From Ostrea edulis (Eukaryota), in assembly GCF_947568905.1 (NCBI RefSeq), contig NC_079170.1, positions 34,534,001 through 34,598,000 on the forward strand: DNA of 64,000 bases, written 5' to 3'. Numbering within the stretch: position 1 is the first letter of the stretch; every line of letters begins with the position of its first letter. The translations under genes and the position numbers were made by a program. This document shows positions 60,201-64,000 of this stretch, piece after piece. Below the pieces are notes generated by a model. It had not been told where the DNA came from and did no database searches. It saw nothing but the letters and a program-made list of their open reading frames with translations.

Positions 60201-61981
60201 GTCACAGACAAGACATGAGTCACAGATAGACAACTCACAGACAAGATATGAGTCACAGATAGACAACTCACAGACAAGACATGAGTCACAGATAGACAAG
60301 TCACAGATAGACAACTCACAGACAAGATATGAGTCACAGATAGACAAGTCACAGATAGACAACTCACAGACAAGACATGAGTCACAGATAGACAAGTCAC
60401 AGACAAGACACGAATCAGAGATAGACAAGACATGAGTCACAGATAGACAACACACAGACAAGACACAAGTCACAGATTGATAGGAAATCTTGGAAATATT
60501 ATAATCACATTGGAATTAGACATTATTATGCCCACGTTTGAGAAAGGGAAGGGGGATATTGTTTTTGACTTGTCGGTTGATCTGTCGGTCAGTTTGTCTG
60601 TACACCAAGTCTGGTCCAATCAAATCCTTTGCTTGACAAGCAACAAACTTGGTACACTAGTACATGTTAAGAAGTAGATGACCCCTAAGGGCTCGAAACT
60701 AAATTTTCAGTCAGCCAGTCAAACTGAACCGATAGACAACATTTTCTATCATTCTGCAGAGAAATTAATCAGGCTGCCATTTAACTGAAACTGGAGGTAA
60801 ATAAAAAACGTAACAATGCAAGACATTTATTGTTTTAATTAAAAACTAATTTTCATTGCTGTCCAAATTTGCAAACTGTTCACACAAGGAACAAAACTGT
60901 TTCTCCTGGTCATATCACAACCGTGTTCGAACATTTACCCTGAAAACTTCTAGATCGTTTCTCCTTTTCATAAACCCTGTCACGCTCATTCGTGCTTTCG
61001 TTGGAATCTTTCCATTTTGATGAGTTTTGTGACAGGTTTCCAACATTGGATTTTGTGTTTTTAAAATCATTTTAAGCTTTTCACAGGTATTTTTTTATTT
61101 TAATTTTGAAATAGATCTATCAGTCCGAATGTGCAGATTCAGACTGATAGGTAAACAAATAGACGTGTCCGCCATGATTTTTATCAGTCACTGACCAATG
61201 ACATATGTTAGTTTTGAGCCTGCCCCTATCGATTTTGAGATCACATGGTCAAAGGTCAAGGGTTAATCTACTCTGGGCATGGGAATATAATGTCCACTCA
61301 ATATCTTGAAATCCCTTTCCTTTACAGACATCAGACTTGGTACACTGGTACATTGTAAGGAATAAATGCCCCCTATTGATTTTGGGTTCACATGGTCAGA
61401 TGTCAAACTGGACATAATAATATATTGTCTCCTCTATGTTTTGAGAATCATTTGCTTAATTGACACCAAACTTGGTACACTGGTACATCCTAAGGAGGAG
61501 ATAACTCCACCTTTATTGATTTTGGAGTTACAAGGTCAAAAGTCGAAGGGTGAAACTGGACATAGTAAGATTGTCTGCTCAATATCTTAGAACCCTTTCC
61601 TTGACAGACATCAAACTTGATACACTGATTCTACCTAAGGAGTAGATGAGCCCTATTGCTTCTGAAGTTAGAGAGTTACGAGTCAAATTTATATTTAATG
61701 CTCATTGTTTAAGAAATATTCACACTTTCTCGTACTGATTTTGAAGAAATTTTCCTGAAGATATGGTGAAAACTATCAATGAAATGATATACATGTATAA
61801 CCCTTTACAAATTGGAGGGGGGGGGGGGGGGGCATACATGTTTCTGAAACATTTGTTGTTTTTACTACATTTGTAATTTACAGGGCATGTGTTGTATGAA
61901 ATGTGTGCAGGAACAGAACTGGACACTGTCCATCCGGAACCTCGTCATCTCAGCGTCATTAACAATGCTGCTGTTGTATCG
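33223..61981 (+). CDS. Slob: Slowpoke-binding protein (Slob)/PXK-like pseudokinase with N-terminal transmembrane helix; 3' end outside the window
   Basis: Exons 33223-33276 (putative first, MAIIILSDFFYHSRESMQ; least certain), 40310-40380 (IPILVGIFLLSLVFILIWFCCRK), 40745-40839 (DRYLYQPLNN...), 42126-42203 (AAWMNAQYYLRSH...LEQLNQL), 44000-44151 (GSRSEKHWFRV...), 45460-45570 (HPYIFP...KGSLKDVIYH), 48427-48522 (PWYEKY...GKQILE), 53760-53845 (GLLYMEDKEFPPHGHLHTGNI), 58512-58619 (IAGYEN...AIDVLSF), 61884-61981 (GHVLYEMCAG...). All phases are consistent. HGHLHTGN replacing HRDLKxxN is Slob/PXK-like. Confidence 0.85.
34281..35334 (+). pseudogene. Retrotransposon ORF1 (coiled coil + RRM-like), one frameshift
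   Basis: MSTETPSS..., a heptad-rich region, QQYSQKNNI, then LAIHRLP...RPVITKF...DHIT...AWIYNGKIFA. The frame switches at ~35000 (cttaaacaaagttggc). Confidence 0.8.
35576..39279 (+). pseudogene. Retrotransposon ORF2 (APE endonuclease - reverse transcriptase - C-terminal Cys/His finger), frameshifted
   Basis: EN motifs: SVNCQG, CLQDTH, NIYGPN, GDFN, RLDY, SDH. RT motifs: KSPGSDG, QSGF, LIDFEKAFDSI, RGCRQGDP, YADD. C-terminal CSFC..EETMQHMFMSC. Frameshifts at ~36742 and ~37112, and the conserved RPITLLN..YKI segment is missing after KNW (~37145). Confidence 0.9.
41237..42110 (+). mobile_element. Helentron-associated non-autonomous element (HINE/pearl-like) with internal tandem repeats
   Basis: The 5' end has TTTTTATGCCCCCC..GGGGGCAT (subterminal IR) and a CTGTCGGTCGGTCTGT microsatellite. 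About 5-6 internal ~140-170-bp repeats follow, then a 3' GGGGGGCATA, a short hairpin and a T run. Confidence 0.75.
42300..42640. repeat. ~28-bp minisatellite
   Basis: Unit CTAGTTCCTAAATCCCAGTCTCCAAGAT. Confidence 0.9.
42762..43560. repeat. 44-bp minisatellite with ~284-bp higher-order repeat
   Basis: Unit TACATTGATACATGTGATACGTCTACTATTGATTTCATTATATT; a variant with TTCCATTGTCTGAGTCGC recurs at ~43030 and ~43315. Confidence 0.92.
44645..44975 (+). mobile_element. SINE, related to the 31597 family, degenerate head
   Basis: Shares ATGACCTTAA.AAC.GA.GTC.CGTGTC, GGCACGATAAAGAACCCTCACT, GAGTGAAAAATTCTC and the (CAAT)n tail. Confidence 0.7.
45822..46165. repeat. 43-45-bp minisatellite (~8 copies)
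   Basis: Unit GGCTGTAAAAGTAGGACATCTGATTAGAGATATAGTCAATGGAGA. Confidence 0.92.
47450..48015. repeat. ~22-bp minisatellite related to a Slob acceptor
   Basis: Unit GTGATGTTCTGTTGTTACTATG. Confidence 0.9.
48020..48400 (+). mobile_element. Degenerate HINE-like element
   Basis: GGAAGACATATTGTTTTTG start, ATCC microsatellite, and a GGGAGA...TTTGTTTCATAGAAACA hairpin end. Confidence 0.4.
48560..48830 (+). mobile_element. SINE sharing the 3' half with the above but with a different 5' part
   Basis: GTGGCACGATAAAGA.C.CTCCCTGCTC, GAGCATAGGCCTAAATTT, ATATGAGT...ATTCTCG and an AACAAT tail. The 5' part GTCGTAAGAGGCAACTAA differs. Confidence 0.6.
48925..51105. repeat. 23-bp minisatellite, split by a pogo-like insertion
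   Basis: Unit TTGTCAGTATATATTGTAGACAG at 48925-49314 and 50834-51105. Confidence 0.93.
49315..50833. mobile_element. Non-autonomous Tc1/mariner-pogo (Tigger-like) element inserted in a 23-bp minisatellite
   Basis: TA flanks at both ends. The right end reads (rc) CAGTGGAGCCTCGTTAATCCGGAC; the left end CAG-TTAATCTGGAC is the same TIR with a 10-nt deletion. Repeated TCCGGAC motifs near both ends. Confidence 0.75.
51110..52090 (+). mobile_element. Degenerate HINE-like/satellite-bearing element
   Basis: Diverged ~160-bp internal repeats (AGCATCCT, CAAGAACA.CA.GG.C); element ends not resolved. Confidence 0.4.
52098..53150 (+). mobile_element. Internally deleted hAT-like DNA transposon
   Basis: 13-bp TIR CAGTGCTCCAAGT...ACTTGGAGCACTG. 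Internal fragments resemble a transposase zinc-finger start (KWLREFS, DGKMF, FKRGSVTIHGNSKS) and a dimerisation-like end (LEALIRI). The flanks share only ATAAA (5 bp). Confidence 0.65.
53405..53740. repeat. 51-bp minisatellite (~6.5 copies)
   Basis: Unit GTGCTAGAAGTGGCCCACAAGTTAATGTTGTCTGTGACTCGTGTCCTGTCT. Confidence 0.93.
54055..58511 (+). repeat. 45-bp minisatellite (~80 copies) ending in the Slob exon acceptor; split by a hAT MITE
   Basis: Unit ATTAGAGTGTACAGTGACATTTACTGGGTGACCTGTCTGTTGTAG|. Confidence 0.96.
55516..56280. mobile_element. Non-autonomous hAT-type element (MITE) inserted in a 45-bp minisatellite
   Basis: TIR TAGGGCTG...CAGCCCTA and a perfect 8-bp TSD ACAGTGAC (55508-55515 and 56281-56288). 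Subterminal TTCGGT/ACCGAA repeats. Confidence 0.9.
58670..60478. repeat. Complex CA/GA-rich minisatellite (variable units up to ~33 bp)
   Basis: Modules CACAGATAGACAA / CACACAGACAAGA / CA(C/T)GAGT, with higher-order blocks. Confidence 0.95.
60525..61690 (+). mobile_element. Second, degenerate copy of the 41237 HINE family
   Basis: TTATGCCCAC...GGGGGATATTG, CTGTCGGTC motifs and the same internal repeat (CAAACTTGGTACACTGGTACAT, GATGACCCCTATTGATTTTG). Confidence 0.7.
60688..61222. mobile_element. MITE inserted in a HINE-like element
   Basis: Ends AGGGCTCGAAACTAA...TTAGTTTTGAGCCT. The host motif GATGACCCCTATTGATTTTG is interrupted, with CCCCTA on both sides. Confidence 0.55.
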
Positions 61982-62377
61982 GTAAGACATAAACTTTGTA
62001 TGTCAGGTAAAAATCAGAGTGTGATTGATATATTTACTTAGTCATTAATATATGGTTAAAGTATGTCAATGAGAGAGTCAACAAGAGTCCAGTTCCCTGA
62101 GAGCAAGCCTATTTCAATATACTTTTAACTGTTTTATACCGATAAAAAGATCAAAACAGAATAAAACTTGAAAATGACACAATGTTTAAAACCGGGACCC
62201 AATCAATATGATTCTTGTCGTTTGCTACCTTAAACTGGTTCTTATACAGGGACCAGTTACCTGGTAATGCAATTACATTTTATGATGAATATTGATGATT
62301 TCATTTGGCAATCAGAACATATAAATTTTTCATAAGATAAAATGAAGTTGGTACTAGTGGTAGCTAATGTGCATGGT

Positions 62378-62720
62378 CAAGATCAGCTCAGAACAAGATC
62401 AGCTTGTACAAGATCAGCTCAGAACAAGATCAGCTTGTACAAGATCTGCTCAGAACAAGATCAGCTTGTACAAGATCAGCTCGGAACAAGATCAGCTTGT
62501 ACAAGATCAGCTTGGTATAAGATCAGCTCGTTACAAGATCAGCTTGGTATAAGATCAACTTGTTACAAGATCAGTTCGGTACAAGATCAGCTCGGTAAAA
62601 GATCAGCTTGAAATAAGCTCACTATAACATCAGCTCAGTATAAGATCAGCTCAGTATAAGATCAACTCGGTACATGATTAGCTTAGTATAAGATTCAGCT
62701 CTTTATAAGATCAGCTTGGA
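62378..62720. repeat. ~15-bp minisatellite
   Basis: Unit AAGATCAGCTYRKWAC variants. Confidence 0.88.
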
Positions 62721-63589
62721 ATAAAGTTTGTTGAAAACACTATGTTTTTTACTATATGATTAATAGCTTGGTTTTGCGATTACCTCAAATGTCAAGTCTT
62801 GAACACAATTACAAAGACCACAAGTTTTGTAATGATTCAAGAGCAAGGTCTAGCAAATTCTCTAGCTCAAAAATTACTTATCCTAGGAGTATTTATAAAA
62901 CACCAGAGTTCAATTTCATCCATGAGATTGAACGTAATGACATAGTATGATAGGACCAGGTATACATTGAATTTTATTCATGAGAACTTTTAGAATATAT
63001 ATAGTGAGAACAGGTATTATGAATTATGAAGAGTGAAAATCTTATACCTGATGTTGCCTATAAAATATATACATGTAATTTGTAGCAATTTCATTATGCT
63101 GATATTCATTCTGTTATTGAGATGGAGAAAAGAAATTGAATTGTATGATAGCAGTTAGGTGTACTTTGAATTTTAATCATGAGAACTCTTGGAATATATA
63201 TAGTAGAACAGATATTATGTGTAGAGAGAAAATATCATACCTAATGATGACTATAAATACCGTAATGTTTAATATTCACATGATTTGTAACGATTGATAT
63301 TCATACTGTGATTGAGAGAGAAAAAAGGAGTTTAATAGCAAAGTAGCCTGCCTTGTTTTAAAAAGGTATCATATGCAGAACATTTTATCACATATTGAGT
63401 CAGTTGAGAGACATAAACACAATATGCAGGTGATTATGTAATGTTGTTACATAAGTATGGGAAATTGTTGGTGAAGAAGCTGAAGTCATCCTTTTTGTCA
63501 TCAATGTGAATTATCAGTAAAATATCCCAAAATGTTAATTTCTTTATCCACTTGATACATGCATGTTCTTAGTGTGAATGTCTGGGTGT

Positions 63590-64000
63590 TTATTTCAGGT
63601 ACTGGATCACTTTCACTTCTCCTGAAACAAACAACCCTACCCACAACTTCCCCTCACTGTCCACACTCAGTCCAACAGGTTCATCATTTAATCCACAATT
63701 GTCTACACATTTAATGAATTGTCCATTCTGATCTAGAATGTATAGACAGGCATTGTTGTAATCTGCCACAATGATATGACCCATGGAGTCGGTCACTATC
63801 TGTCCTGGAAGGAATGCTTTCTGCCCCCCTGGTGGTTTGTCGTATCGAAATCGGACTTTTCCCGTCCTGTCCACCACTACCACTGTGTCAGCATTTTGAT
63901 CAGAGGCCACGATGTCACCATTGTTGTTCTCTGTCACATACACTGAATATTCTCCTCCTTGGTAGATTGGATTGCCTTGTTCATCTTTATCTATTTCCTG
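63590..64000 (-). CDS. NHL-repeat (beta-propeller) C-terminus of a TRIM71/TRIM2-like protein, partial
   Basis: ORF 63590-63943 carries NHL-like repeats (YVTENNNGDIVASD, GQIVTDSMGHIIVADYNNACLYILDQNGQF, PVGLSVDSEGKLWVG) and ends KVIQYLK*. The frame stays open to the window edge. Confidence 0.85.
   Translation of the reverse strand, partial: QEIDKDEQGNPIYQGGEYSVYVTENNNGDIVASDQNADTVVVVDRTGKVRFRYDKPPGGQKAFLPGQIVTDSMGHIIVADYNNACLYILDQNGQFIKCVDNCGLNDEPVGLSVDSEGKLWVGLFVSGEVKVIQYLK

Noticed and set aside
54144-60473. Many repetitive ORFs (VNVTVHSNLQQ; CDSCLVCVLSI)
   Set aside because: Minisatellite translations antisense to the Slob intron; not credible genes or metallothioneins.
62756-62950. Possible next Slob exon or small ORF
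   Set aside because: No kinase-like similarity and no convincing phase-0 acceptor.

Overview
Eukaryotic, intron-rich, AT-rich genomic DNA. It is most likely a bivalve mollusc (oyster-like), inferred from the repeat families and an NHL-repeat gene. Six protein-coding genes were reconstructed by hand from GT-AG exons with consistent phases: the 3' part of a PCTAIRE kinase (CDK17-like, +), DCLRE1B/Apollo (-, single coding exon), MRPS33 (+), a complete 16-exon LRGUK (-), a Slob/PXK-like pseudokinase with an N-terminal TM helix (+, 3' end outside the window) and the 3' end of an NHL-repeat gene (-). Mobile elements include a full-length but disrupted L1/Tx1-type retrotransposon with a 15-bp TSD, several hAT- and pogo-like non-autonomous elements (two inserted inside minisatellites), tRNA-derived SINEs and Helentron-associated (HINE-like) elements. 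The main unexplained pattern is that many tandem arrays are built from the splice junction of the adjacent exon. About 15 of roughly 70 splice sites have such 'echo' copies, from 2 up to about 80 per site, extending into the intron. Some would give in-frame alternative donors, acceptors or micro-exons. A 28-bp minisatellite also flips orientation mid-array, forming a long hairpin. No prokaryotic features, CRISPR arrays or true tRNA/rRNA genes were supported.
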